This document shows positions 41,934 through 51,057 of a stretch of DNA of 64,000 bases, one piece after another. Position 1 is the stretch's first letter; each line of letters begins with the position of its first letter. The stretch covers positions 1,474 to 65,473 of IMG/VR virus record IMGVR_UViG_3300037458_000547; one strand, 5' to 3'. The notes below the pieces were generated by a model that was given only the letters and a program-made list of their open reading frames with translations, had not been told where the DNA came from and ran no database searches. The DNA is from a virus. Its lineage: Duplodnaviria; Caudoviricetes. A program made the translations under genes and the position numbers.

Positions 41934-42743
41934 ATGCTGCTTTCACGCTTCAACGGTTCGACGGGCCTCACCCTCCGGGTGAAGCTGCGCGACTCGAGCC
42001 AGTCAGACGGCCGCGGCCTGGTGAACCTGACGCCCTCCTCGAGCGGCCTGAGGATCAGCACGATCGCCAGCAGCGAGGCCACCGCGGTCGCCTACACGCA
42101 GGCCGGCGGGACCATCGAGACCATCGCGACCCTCGGGGTCTGGGCGGCCCCCACGGCAGGATCCTGCCGCTTCCGCGAGGTCGACGCGACCAACCACCCG
42201 GGCGTGTACGAGCTGCAGTTCGCAGACGCCCGTTTCGCGGTATCCAACTCGAAGCACGTTCTGGTGTCGATCTCCGGCGCCGCGAATCTTGAGCAAACGG
42301 ACTTCGTGATCGACCAGGGCGCGAGCGCCGATGTCCGCCTCTGGAACGGCACGCTGGTTCCGACCCCGCACGCCGCCGGTTACCCGATCGTCACGGTCAA
42401 GGACGGCACCGGAACGGGAGAGATCGACACGGCGAGCGGCCGCGTCCTGCTGACGAACGGCAGCATCACGGCCTCGTCGTTCGCCGCGGGCGCGATCGAC
42501 GCCTCGGCGCTGGCGGCAGATGCCGGCACCGAAATCGCAGCTGCAGTCCTCGCGGCCGTGGTCGAGTCGCAGGGCAGCATCACTCTGGCGCAGGCGGTGC
42601 GGCTCATGCTGGGCGTTCTGGCCGGCGTCACGACGGTCTCGGGGGCAACCTTCACCGTCAAGACCTCGGATGGCGTGGCAACCCGGGCGACCTTCACCCT
42701 CAACGCCAGCAAAGAGCGCACAGCGGTCACGCTGAACCCGTAA
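41934..42743 (+). CDS. Putative virion fibre component
   Basis: ITASSFAAGAIDASALAAD; TLAQAVRLMLGVLAG C-terminal motif. Confidence 0.65.
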   Translation: MLLSRFNGSTGLTLRVKLRDSSQSDGRGLVNLTPSSSGLRISTIASSEATAVAYTQAGGTIETIATLGVWAAPTAGSCRFREVDATNHPGVYELQFADARFAVSNSKHVLVSISGAANLEQTDFVIDQGASADVRLWNGTLVPTPHAAGYPIVTVKDGTGTGEIDTASGRVLLTNGSITASSFAAGAIDASALAADAGTEIAAAVLAAVVESQGSITLAQAVRLMLGVLAGVTTVSGATFTVKTSDGVATRATFTLNASKERTAVTLNP

Positions 42744-42744
42744 T

Positions 42745-43833
42745 GTGGCCAGCCTTTTCTACACCACCAACTTCTGGCCTGAAGAACTCTGGCCAGAAGG
42801 GTTCTGGGGCGACCCTAGCGCAGTAATCACCGGCTCATCCGGGCTGATTGTCGCGGACCTTGGCGGGGTCTCGGCCAATCTGGTCGGCGACTTCGGGGCA
42901 GGGGAGTCGTCCGGAATCCTCGTGTCCGCCCTGGCTGGCGTCACCGCCAGTTTCGGCGGCACGATCGCCTACGTCACGAACTTCGATCTTGACCTGAACA
43001 TCAGCGTCAACACGACGCTGATTGATCAGCCGGCGGTCAGTGGCGCGATCAGCGTCACGCTGGGAGATGACTCTGCTGCGTTCGCTGGCGCCTCCTGGGA
43101 GGGCAGCTTCACGGGAGGCGTGCTGGGTCTGTACGAGACCCTGTGGCCAACAACCTTCTGGGATGTCCGGCTGTTCCCTGACGGGTACTGGCCGAAAGGC
43201 GGTTTCCTCGAGGATATAGCCTCGTCGATCGAGGGATCGTTCTCCGACGCCCCCGGGCAGTACACCAGCTTCATCGCCACGGCGCTCGATCCTGTCACGG
43301 CGCTGCTGAGCGGGCGCTTCACCGAGCGCCAGCAGTTCAACGGTCAGCTGCTGGCGACGCTTGATGGCGCAACGGCGTCCCTGGCCGGAGCCTCGGAGCG
43401 GCCGGTATTCGCGGGGGCGATCTACTCCGACTTTGACGGCGTCTCATCGTCGATCGTCGGCTTGTCGACCCTGGCCGGATCGTACCTTGGCCAGGTGAGA
43501 TCGACGCTGACCGGGGTAGCGGGTCAGCTGCGCGGCGAATACCGGGTCCTGTCGCGAGACGGCGGGATTTACACCGTCCTGGAGGACCTGATTGGCGAGG
43601 CCCTCGGCATCGCGGTCCCCGAGGGGAGCAAGGTCGGCCAGGTCAGGGCCGGGTTGTTTGGTGTCAGCATGCTCGGCGATGGCACCTTCGTCACCCCGAG
43701 GATGCGGGCGAAGCCCGACGTGCCGACGGTGACGGAGATCGACTGGAAAACGCTGTGCGACCAGCACAATCTGGGCCTCCCGGAGGAGGTGGACTATGAA
43801 TTCTCGAACGGACGCAGGTTCTATCAGTCATGA
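42745..43833 (+). CDS. Fibre scaffold-like protein with Trp-rich motifs and L.GV.A repeats
   Basis: NFWPEELWPEGFWG and LWPTTFWDVRLFPDGYWP; repeated L.GV...L.G units. Confidence 0.6.
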   Translation: MASLFYTTNFWPEELWPEGFWGDPSAVITGSSGLIVADLGGVSANLVGDFGAGESSGILVSALAGVTASFGGTIAYVTNFDLDLNISVNTTLIDQPAVSGAISVTLGDDSAAFAGASWEGSFTGGVLGLYETLWPTTFWDVRLFPDGYWPKGGFLEDIASSIEGSFSDAPGQYTSFIATALDPVTALLSGRFTERQQFNGQLLATLDGATASLAGASERPVFAGAIYSDFDGVSSSIVGLSTLAGSYLGQVRSTLTGVAGQLRGEYRVLSRDGGIYTVLEDLIGEALGIAVPEGSKVGQVRAGLFGVSMLGDGTFVTPRMRAKPDVPTVTEIDWKTLCDQHNLGLPEEVDYEFSNGRRFYQS

Positions 43834-44336
43834 GTGAGTACGTTTCGACCGCCCGCGACCTGAAATGCAGAGCCTCGACCGTGCTTCTGGTCAAGCGCAT
43901 GGCCGATCTGCTCGAAAAGCACTACCCGGGGTGGATGTGGTGCGTCCAACCCGACGACCGCGGGGGCGTCATCAACCTGTTTTCGCTGCGGCTGAGCGCA
44001 GAATGGGGCTACCGCTTCCGAATCATGGACATCCAGGGCGATCCGAGGGCCGCGGACCCGAAAATCGTGGCCGCCGGGGGCGAAATTCTCGAGCGTTTCC
44101 GGGTTCCGAGGGGCCTGTACCGCTACGAGGACTGGAAAGAGGCCCCAAAGGACATCGCCGGGCTCGCTCGAGCCGATATTTCCGACAAGAAGGCCAGTAC
44201 GCGGCGATTTCAGCGCGATGAGGCGCTCTCGAACGCCCTGAAGAACGGCATGGCGAAGCTCCAGATCCGCGACACGCCGACGGCGACCGGAACCCACCGC
44301 GAATTGGCCCTGAGACTGGGAGGCAACGATGGCTAA
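43830..44336 (+). CDS. Hypothetical protein upstream of the portal
   Basis: LEKHYPGWMW; AGGEILERF. Confidence 0.7.
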   Translation: MSEYVSTARDLKCRASTVLLVKRMADLLEKHYPGWMWCVQPDDRGGVINLFSLRLSAEWGYRFRIMDIQGDPRAADPKIVAAGGEILERFRVPRGLYRYEDWKEAPKDIAGLARADISDKKASTRRFQRDEALSNALKNGMAKLQIRDTPTATGTHRELALRLGGNDG

Positions 44337-46611
44337 GCAGGACCAGGCGCCCCTGGAGGACGGTCTCGAGGCCGCGCTCGAGGAAGCGGACGAGGGCGGG
44401 TGGATCACGGAGTCGGAGGAGGACCAGCAGTGGGTTCAGAGGTCTCGCGGCGCCTTCGTCGCCTCTGACGAGTGGTTCAACAACTCGATCCGGCGTGACG
44501 TGGAGATGGCGCTGTCCAATTTCCGCTCCAAGCACCCCGCCGGATCGCGCTACAACACCACCTACTACGAGAAGCGGTCGCGCCTGTTCCGCCCCAAGAC
44601 GCGGGCGATGGTGCGCCGCAGCGAAGCGGCGGCCGCCCTGGCGTTCTTCTCGACCGCCGACTGCGTGGCCTGCACGGCCTACAACGACGCCGACCCCAAG
44701 CAGCGCCTGGCCGCGGAGATCCATCAGGCCCTGCTGAACGACCGGATGGAAGATCCGGACATGGCCTGGTTCCTGACCGTGATCGGCGGGGTCCAGGATG
44801 CGCTGACAACGGGCGTGGTCTGCTCACGGCAGACCTGGGAATACCTGTCCGAGACCTTCAGCGGCGACCAGGGCAAGAGCTACGAGGTCGTGCAGCTCGA
44901 CCGCCCCAGCGTTGACCTGATCCCGCTCGAGAACATCCGCATCAGCCCCACCTCGGACTGGCGTCGGCCGATCGAATCGAGCCCATTCGTCATCGAGATG
45001 GTCCCGATGTACGTCTACGAGATCAAGGAGCGGATGAAGCGGCTGGACGCGAATGGCGAGCCGATCTACCGCACGATGCCGGAGGGCATGCTGTACGCGG
45101 CCGTGAAGCAGGACTGGGACTCGATCCGCCGCGCCAGAGAGGGCAACCGGGTCGACAAGTACGATACTGTCAAGAACGTCTCCGATTACGAGACGGTGTG
45201 GGTCCACAAGAACATCATGCGGCGCGGTGGCCGAGACTGGGTGTTCGACACCGTCGGCACCTACCTGATGCTGTCCTCGAGCGTGAAGCCGCTTGAGGAG
45301 GTCTACCATACCGGGCGCCGGCCCTACGCGATGGGCTTCTGTGTCATCGAGACGCATAAGCAGTACCCGAGCAGCCCGGTGATGCTGTCCTCCAACCTGC
45401 AGGAGGAGGCCAACGATCTCGCCAACCTGCGCATCGACAACATCCGCCTGGCGCTGCAGAAGCGGTGGCTGGTCAGGCGCGGCGCCGGCGTGGACACCAA
45501 CTCCCTGATGAGGGGCATCGCCAGCTCGGTCACCTATGCGGCCAACCCGCAGACTGACGTGAAGGAGCTAACCACCAACGACGTGACGCAAAGCTCCTAC
45601 GCGGAGCAGGACCGCATCAATCTCGACTTCGACGAGCTGGTCGGCGCGTTCTCGCAGTCCTCGGTGGCCACCAACCGACACCTGAACCAGACCGTGGGCG
45701 GCATGAACATGCTGTCGGCGGATGCCTCGCAGATCCAGGAATACCAGATCCGCACCGTGGCGGAGACCTGGCTCGAGCCGGTCCTGAAGCAGCTCGTCCA
45801 GCTCGAGTCGGTGTACGAGTCCGACGAGGAGATCCTCAGGAAGGTCGGCGAGCAGCTCGGGGTCAGCGTCGAGGAGATGATGGCGGTCATGCGCGAGCGG
45901 ACCAAGGTCAAGGTGAACGTCGGCTTCAACGCCACCAACCCGGAGAAGCGCATCCAGCGCCTGGCCCTGGGCCTGGCGACGCTCGGCCAGTATTTCCCGC
46001 AGGTCGTCCAGCAGGGCGACACCCGCGAGATCGCCAAGGAGATCTTCGGCGCCCTCGGCTACAAGGACGCCTCGCGCTTCCTGCCGATGCTCAAGCAGCA
46101 GCCCGGCGAGGACCCGCGGATCCAGCAGCTCATGCAGCAGATCGAGCAGCTCACCCAGATGCTGCAGACCAAGCAGCTCGAGAACCAGGCGAAGATCGAC
46201 GTGGCCAACATCAACGCCGAGGCGAAGATCGCGGTCGCCAAGATGCAGGGCGAGATCGAGATGATGAAGCTGCAGTCCGGCAACGACCTCGACCTGCTCA
46301 AGACCAAGCTCAAGGACCGCCTCGAGCAGGTCGATCGCCAGCTCGCCATCGAGGCCCAGGACGTGCGCCGCCGCGAGCTGTACCTGCAGCGCGAGGCGCT
46401 CTCGCACAGCATCCAGCAGGCGGACCGCGAGTACGCGCTCAAGGTCGCCGAGTTCGGCCGCGCCGGCCAGGAAATGGGCGACGAGGAAGACGGCGACGAG
46501 GGGGGCGACGAGGGCGAGGGAGCGGAGGACTTGAAAGGTACTGACAAGGCGGGTACGTTGAGCCGCGGTCAATACGGGTCGGTTCCGCAGATGACAGACG
46601 CGAATGACTGA
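44329..46611 (+). CDS. Portal protein (podovirus/P22-like)
   Basis: 760 aa; FRPKTRAMVR; LQEEANDLANLRIDNIRL; long C-terminal coiled coil; position before scaffold and capsid. Confidence 0.85.
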   Translation: MAKQDQAPLEDGLEAALEEADEGGWITESEEDQQWVQRSRGAFVASDEWFNNSIRRDVEMALSNFRSKHPAGSRYNTTYYEKRSRLFRPKTRAMVRRSEAAAALAFFSTADCVACTAYNDADPKQRLAAEIHQALLNDRMEDPDMAWFLTVIGGVQDALTTGVVCSRQTWEYLSETFSGDQGKSYEVVQLDRPSVDLIPLENIRISPTSDWRRPIESSPFVIEMVPMYVYEIKERMKRLDANGEPIYRTMPEGMLYAAVKQDWDSIRRAREGNRVDKYDTVKNVSDYETVWVHKNIMRRGGRDWVFDTVGTYLMLSSSVKPLEEVYHTGRRPYAMGFCVIETHKQYPSSPVMLSSNLQEEANDLANLRIDNIRLALQKRWLVRRGAGVDTNSLMRGIASSVTYAANPQTDVKELTTNDVTQSSYAEQDRINLDFDELVGAFSQSSVATNRHLNQTVGGMNMLSADASQIQEYQIRTVAETWLEPVLKQLVQLESVYESDEEILRKVGEQLGVSVEEMMAVMRERTKVKVNVGFNATNPEKRIQRLALGLATLGQYFPQVVQQGDTREIAKEIFGALGYKDASRFLPMLKQQPGEDPRIQQLMQQIEQLTQMLQTKQLENQAKIDVANINAEAKIAVAKMQGEIEMMKLQSGNDLDLLKTKLKDRLEQVDRQLAIEAQDVRRRELYLQREALSHSIQQADREYALKVAEFGRAGQEMGDEEDGDEGGDEGEGAEDLKGTDKAGTLSRGQYGSVPQMTDAND

Positions 46612-46951
46612 TCTCGAGGGCTACGGCGGAGAGCCCCAGGGCGCCGAAGCTGAGCTGAGGCGACGCCTTGGCGAGCATGATTTCCTGGTGGACCTGTTCC
46701 AGCTGGGCGAGCAGATGCAGGGGTTCATCGAGACCCCGGCCGGCGCCTTCCTGTTCAAGACGCTGCAGGACAACGTGAACTCCGGGCTGAAGGGTTTGCT
46801 GGGCGAGCCCTCCTGCGACACCGAGTCCGCCCGCAAGCTGTTTGCCCAGGCCAAGACCTCCTGGACGGCCCTGTCGCTGATCCAGGAGACGCTGCAGATG
46901 GGCCGAGTAGCAACCCGAATGATGTCCGAGATGGATGAGGTGACGCCGTGA
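46604..46951 (+). CDS. Small portal-adjacent protein
   Basis: Position typical of podovirus head modules. Confidence 0.65.
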   Translation: MTDLEGYGGEPQGAEAELRRRLGEHDFLVDLFQLGEQMQGFIETPAGAFLFKTLQDNVNSGLKGLLGEPSCDTESARKLFAQAKTSWTALSLIQETLQMGRVATRMMSEMDEVTP

Positions 46952-48105
46952 CAGACGAAACGCAGAACGATCCCGCCGAAGTCGTGACCCAGGTCGTGAC
47001 CGAGGTCCCCGATGGCCCGACCGAGCTTGCGAACCAGGAGGGTCCGGCGGACCCCAACCTGAACCCGCCGCTCACGAGCCGCGCCGCGCCCTCGGACGAC
47101 AAGCCCAAGGCGAAGCCGGAGCCGGCCTACAAGTACGACAAGCGCAAGGAGATCTACGCCCGTCGGTCGCAGATCCAGCAGGCCGAGCAGGCGGCCAGCG
47201 ACGAGATCTTCGACGAGGGCCGGGCGACGACCGCGCTGCCTCGCCCGACCAGCGAGGAACGCGCCGAGCCAGCAACTCATGTTGCAACTGGCGACGAATT
47301 GGTTACCATCAAGGTGTACGGCGAGGAGCGGCGAGTTCCGAAGGCCGAAGTCGATGAAGCAGGCGGCATTGCGGCCTACCAGAAGGCGGCAGCAGCGGCC
47401 GAGAAAGCCCGGATCGAGCAACAGCGGGCGCGACTTCAGGCCGAGGAGCAGCGAATGCTCCGCGTCGCAGAAAATCTGAGGAATGGGCTGGACGAGAACG
47501 GACAGCCACTTGCTCCGAAACCACCCCCTCAGGGCGTTCCGGCAATCAGCAAGGAAGCACTCGAGGCCGCTGTGAAGGGCCTCTATTCGGGAGACGCCGA
47601 GGAAGCGGCGGCCGCGCTCGAGAAGCTGGTCACCCAGATCCAGGGCCGCGCCGGAACCACCAACGAGGTCTCTCCCGAGGTTGTAAGAGCCGTCGAGGCT
47701 CGCGTGCTGGAACGGATGGAGGAACGGGAGACCCTCAGGACCGAGGAGCAGGATGTCGCGGAGGCCAACCGGATCTTCCGGGAGGACTTCAAGGACATCG
47801 CAGATGACCCGGACATGATGCTGTGGGCGAAGGGCCTGGCGAACACGCTGAGCCAAGACCCCGAGTACAGCGGAAAGTCCAGGTCAGAGATCGCCAGGAC
47901 GGTCGGCACTCGCATCCGAGAAAAGCTGGGCCGCCCCGCGCAGAAGTCCGAGCTGGACAGCCGGCGCGAACTCAAGCGCACCCTCCCGTCCCCCAACAGC
48001 GGCTCAGGCCGTGTTCCAGTCCAAGAGCCCAAGCGGTTCCCGACGAACGCTGACTACATTCAACAGCTTCGCCGGAACAGCGGGAGCAATTCAGCTCCGC
48101 GTTGA
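46948..48105 (+). CDS. Capsid scaffolding protein
   Basis: Acidic, helical and low-complexity; immediately before the capsid gene. Confidence 0.75.
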   Translation: MTDETQNDPAEVVTQVVTEVPDGPTELANQEGPADPNLNPPLTSRAAPSDDKPKAKPEPAYKYDKRKEIYARRSQIQQAEQAASDEIFDEGRATTALPRPTSEERAEPATHVATGDELVTIKVYGEERRVPKAEVDEAGGIAAYQKAAAAAEKARIEQQRARLQAEEQRMLRVAENLRNGLDENGQPLAPKPPPQGVPAISKEALEAAVKGLYSGDAEEAAAALEKLVTQIQGRAGTTNEVSPEVVRAVEARVLERMEERETLRTEEQDVAEANRIFREDFKDIADDPDMMLWAKGLANTLSQDPEYSGKSRSEIARTVGTRIREKLGRPAQKSELDSRRELKRTLPSPNSGSGRVPVQEPKRFPTNADYIQQLRRNSGSNSAPR

Positions 48106-48133
48106 ACCGGCCTGACAATGGGAGACTGAAACA

Positions 48134-49129
48134 ATGGCTGGCCAACTCTGGGCAGTGAACGAAAGAGGCGGGTACATGTACTCGGACGAGCTGAGCAACA
48201 CGCTCCGCACGGCCCTGCAGCCCGTCGTGAAATTCCGGCAGTTCTGCGACGCCAAGGACGCCATGGACAAGGGTCTGGGCAAGGGCGATGCGTTCCAGTG
48301 GAACATCTACAGCGACGTGGTCGACGGCGGCACGGAGCTGGCCGAACAGCAGACCATGCCCGAGACCAACTTCACCATCAAGCAGGCGAGCCTGACGGTG
48401 AAGGAGCTGGGCAACTCGGTGCCGTTCAGCGGCCTGCTCGACAACCTGTCGAAGCAGCCGGTGACCGAGATCATCCACAAGGTCCTGAAGAACGACTGCA
48501 AGAAGACGCTGGACGCGCAGGCGTGGGCGCAGTTCGACGCCACCCCGCTCAAGGTTCAGGCGTCCTCGGGCACCTCCACGACGGCAGTCACGGTGGTCGA
48601 GTCGGGCTCGATCGGCCTGACCAACAACGTCGCCTTCGGCAAGGACCACGTCAAGGCGATCGTGGATGCCATGAAGGAGCGCAACATCCCGCCGTACCAG
48701 GGCGACGACTACTACGCCATCGCGTGGCCGTCGACGTTCCGGACCATGAAGAACAGCCTCGAGTCGATCTACCAGTACGTCGAGACGGGGTTCACCCGGA
48801 TCATGAACGGCGAGATCGGCCGCTACGAGAGCATGCGGTTCGTCGAGCAGACGAACATCGCCAAGGGCGGCGCCGAGGACTCCACGACCTACACCCCCCG
48901 GGTGGCCGACCGCTGGAACAACCTGGTGTCGGACTGGATCTACTTCTTCGGCGAGGACACGGTCGCCGAGGCGCTGATCATCCCCGAGGAGATCCGCGGC
49001 AAGATCCCGGGCGACTACGGCCGCAGCCGCGGCGTGGCCTGGTACTATCTGGGCGGCTTCGGGATCGTGCATGGATCGGCCGGTGCGGCCGCCAACCTGC
49101 GCATCATGAAGTGGGAGAGCGCGGCCTGA
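48134..49129 (+). CDS. Major capsid protein (N4-gp56-like HK97 fold)
   Basis: KFRQFCD...GKGDAFQWN...L.E....P...FT...S.TVKELGN; GEIGRYESMRFVE; DYGRSRGVAWYYLGGF; very strong codon bias. Confidence 0.9.
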   Translation: MAGQLWAVNERGGYMYSDELSNTLRTALQPVVKFRQFCDAKDAMDKGLGKGDAFQWNIYSDVVDGGTELAEQQTMPETNFTIKQASLTVKELGNSVPFSGLLDNLSKQPVTEIIHKVLKNDCKKTLDAQAWAQFDATPLKVQASSGTSTTAVTVVESGSIGLTNNVAFGKDHVKAIVDAMKERNIPPYQGDDYYAIAWPSTFRTMKNSLESIYQYVETGFTRIMNGEIGRYESMRFVEQTNIAKGGAEDSTTYTPRVADRWNNLVSDWIYFFGEDTVAEALIIPEEIRGKIPGDYGRSRGVAWYYLGGFGIVHGSAGAAANLRIMKWESAA

Positions 49130-49148
49130 GCCGCGCTGGAGAACAGAC

Positions 49149-49538
49149 ATGGCATACGATCTTCCGGTCCGAGTTTCCTACAGCCTGGGCTCGCAGAACT
49201 TCACGAGCGCGTTCGCGACGGCCCTCAAGCCGCCGAAGGGCGCCAAGGGCGGCCGCGTGGTGGACATCCACCTCCAGCCGTCCGTGACGTTCACTCAGGT
49301 CACCACCCCGGGCTACGTCCGGGTCGGCACCAGCGGCGACGCCGACAAGTACGCGCAGCTCAACTGCGGTGCGGCGGCGGCCACCGACGCCTACAACATG
49401 AGCGACGGCGGCACCTGGGGTGAGACGATCGACCTGGTGCGCGACAGCATCACCCAGGTCGAGGTGGTCACCGTGGCCCCGACCGGCGGCACGCCGGCCG
49501 GCACGGGCATCGTCACCGTCGTCGTCGACTGGTTCTAA
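49149..49538 (+). CDS. Capsid decoration/cement-like protein
   Basis: Follows the capsid gene; strong codon bias; beta-rich. Confidence 0.6.
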   Translation: MAYDLPVRVSYSLGSQNFTSAFATALKPPKGAKGGRVVDIHLQPSVTFTQVTTPGYVRVGTSGDADKYAQLNCGAAAATDAYNMSDGGTWGETIDLVRDSITQVEVVTVAPTGGTPAGTGIVTVVVDWF

Positions 49539-49548
49539 GGAGAAACAC

Positions 49549-49713
49549 ATGGCCACGAGAGAAGCAAACACCCAGGGCGGGACGCTCGAGAGCGGCTGCG
49601 CGTACAAGCAGCCGGCCAAGAGCGAAGCCACCCACAAGCACGGCAACGCACAGCGCCAGACCCCGCAGAGCCCGCCGGCGACCAGCGCCCCGGGCGGCCA
49701 CAAGATCAAGTAA
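49549..49713 (+). CDS. 54-aa low-complexity protein
   Basis: SD AAGGAG. Confidence 0.6.
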   Translation: MATREANTQGGTLESGCAYKQPAKSEATHKHGNAQRQTPQSPPATSAPGGHKIK

Positions 49714-49736
49714 CGGTCTCCTGTGGAGTGACACTC

Positions 49737-49767
49737 AGAGGGGCCGCCCAGTGCGGCCCCTCTTTGT
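49737..49767 (+). terminator. Intrinsic terminator after the capsid genes
   Basis: AGAGGGGCCGC-CCAGT-GCGGCCCCTCT-TTGT. Confidence 0.75.
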
Positions 49768-49779
49768 CTGGAGGCAGCC

Positions 49780-49974
49780 ATGCGGCGATCCGTGCGTGAT
49801 TTCGAGCGTGCCGACCCGATGTACCCCGCGGACTACGGGATCTCGGCGCTGTACGCTGTGGAGGCCATGCGGCCCGAGCAGCCAGTCAGAATCCCGCGGC
49901 AAAGCGAGGTTCGGGCTCAGCAGATGAAGGATGGCGTGATCTGCCGGGACCCGATTCGATATTGGGAGTGGTGA
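49780..49974 (+). CDS. Hypothetical protein
   Basis: SD GGAGG. Confidence 0.55.
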   Translation: MRRSVRDFERADPMYPADYGISALYAVEAMRPEQPVRIPRQSEVRAQQMKDGVICRDPIRYWEW

Positions 49975-49975
49975 C

Positions 49976-50395
49976 ATGGATCTCGACTTCAGCCGAGCTG
50001 CCCTCGTGTACGGCAGCTCCAGGGCCGCTTATTTCCTGAACGGCCAGTATTACACCGCCGACGGCAAGCCGATTAGCTTCGAGGAGGCCGCTCAGCCTGA
50101 CCCCAAAGACCTCGAGGCCGAGGCGGCCAGACAGGCGGCTACCGAGGCCCTCCCCTCTGTGACGACCATCGCCGCTCCGCCGAAGGCAGAGGAGCCGGTG
50201 GCGATCGTCGATCGGCCAGTCGAGCGGACGACCGAGGTCGACGCCAAGTGGGGTGAAGATCGTCAGCTGAGGCTCAAGACGCTGAGCGGCCACATGCTGG
50301 CCACCATGGTCATGAAGGCCGGCGGCACGCCGGCGACCGGGGTCGGCTCGAAGAAGAAGAACATCTCCTGGCTGCTGGAGAACGTGAAGTCGTGA
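49976..50395 (+). CDS. Hypothetical protein
   Basis: SD GGGAG; Ala/Glu-rich linker. Confidence 0.65.
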   Translation: MDLDFSRAALVYGSSRAAYFLNGQYYTADGKPISFEEAAQPDPKDLEAEAARQAATEALPSVTTIAAPPKAEEPVAIVDRPVERTTEVDAKWGEDRQLRLKTLSGHMLATMVMKAGGTPATGVGSKKKNISWLLENVKS

Positions 50396-51057
50396 ACTTC
50401 CGTCAGCTCTGCCAGGACCTCGTCGAGGAGCTGGGCATCTCCGGCGGCACGGGGCCGAACACGGTCGAGAATCAGACCGGCGAGTACGCGAACGTGGTTC
50501 GCTGGATCGCCGAGTCCTCGCTGTGGATCGACAACCTGTGGCGCGACTGGAAGTACCTGTGGGTCCAGTACGAGACCACCCTGACCGGGCAGAGCATCGC
50601 CACCGGCGCCCGCGAGATCGACCGCTCGAGCGTGTGGATCAACGCCGGGACCTACACGGCCCGGCAGCTCGAGTGGCAGGAGTGGCGACTGATGCGGGAG
50701 ACGCTCAATCGCACTCCGGTCACCGGGACGCCCGTGTACTTCTCGGTGGATCCTGCGGGGACGCTGTTCCTGGATCGGCCGGTCACCAGCCTGCCGATCC
50801 GGCTCGAGTTCTGGAAGCGCCCGACGCGCCTGGTCGCAGACAACGATGAGCCCGATCTCCCGGAGGAGTACCACCGCATCATCATCTGCCGGGCGGCGAT
50901 CATGTACGGCAACCGCGAGGCGGCGGCCGAGGTGATCTCCGGCATGGAGGCCGAGTACATCGACCTCCTCGAGAAGCTGCAGAGCGACCAGCTCGAGCCG
51001 TTCCGGAACGAGCGCATGGCCGGTCAGGACACCCCCCTGTACCTGAGGCACCCGTAA
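50392..51057 (+). CDS. Head-tail adaptor-like protein
   Basis: MNFRQLCQDLVEELG...WRDWKYLW...PDLPEEYHRIII..A; position. Confidence 0.7.
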   Translation: MNFRQLCQDLVEELGISGGTGPNTVENQTGEYANVVRWIAESSLWIDNLWRDWKYLWVQYETTLTGQSIATGAREIDRSSVWINAGTYTARQLEWQEWRLMRETLNRTPVTGTPVYFSVDPAGTLFLDRPVTSLPIRLEFWKRPTRLVADNDEPDLPEEYHRIIICRAAIMYGNREAAAEVISGMEAEYIDLLEKLQSDQLEPFRNERMAGQDTPLYLRHP

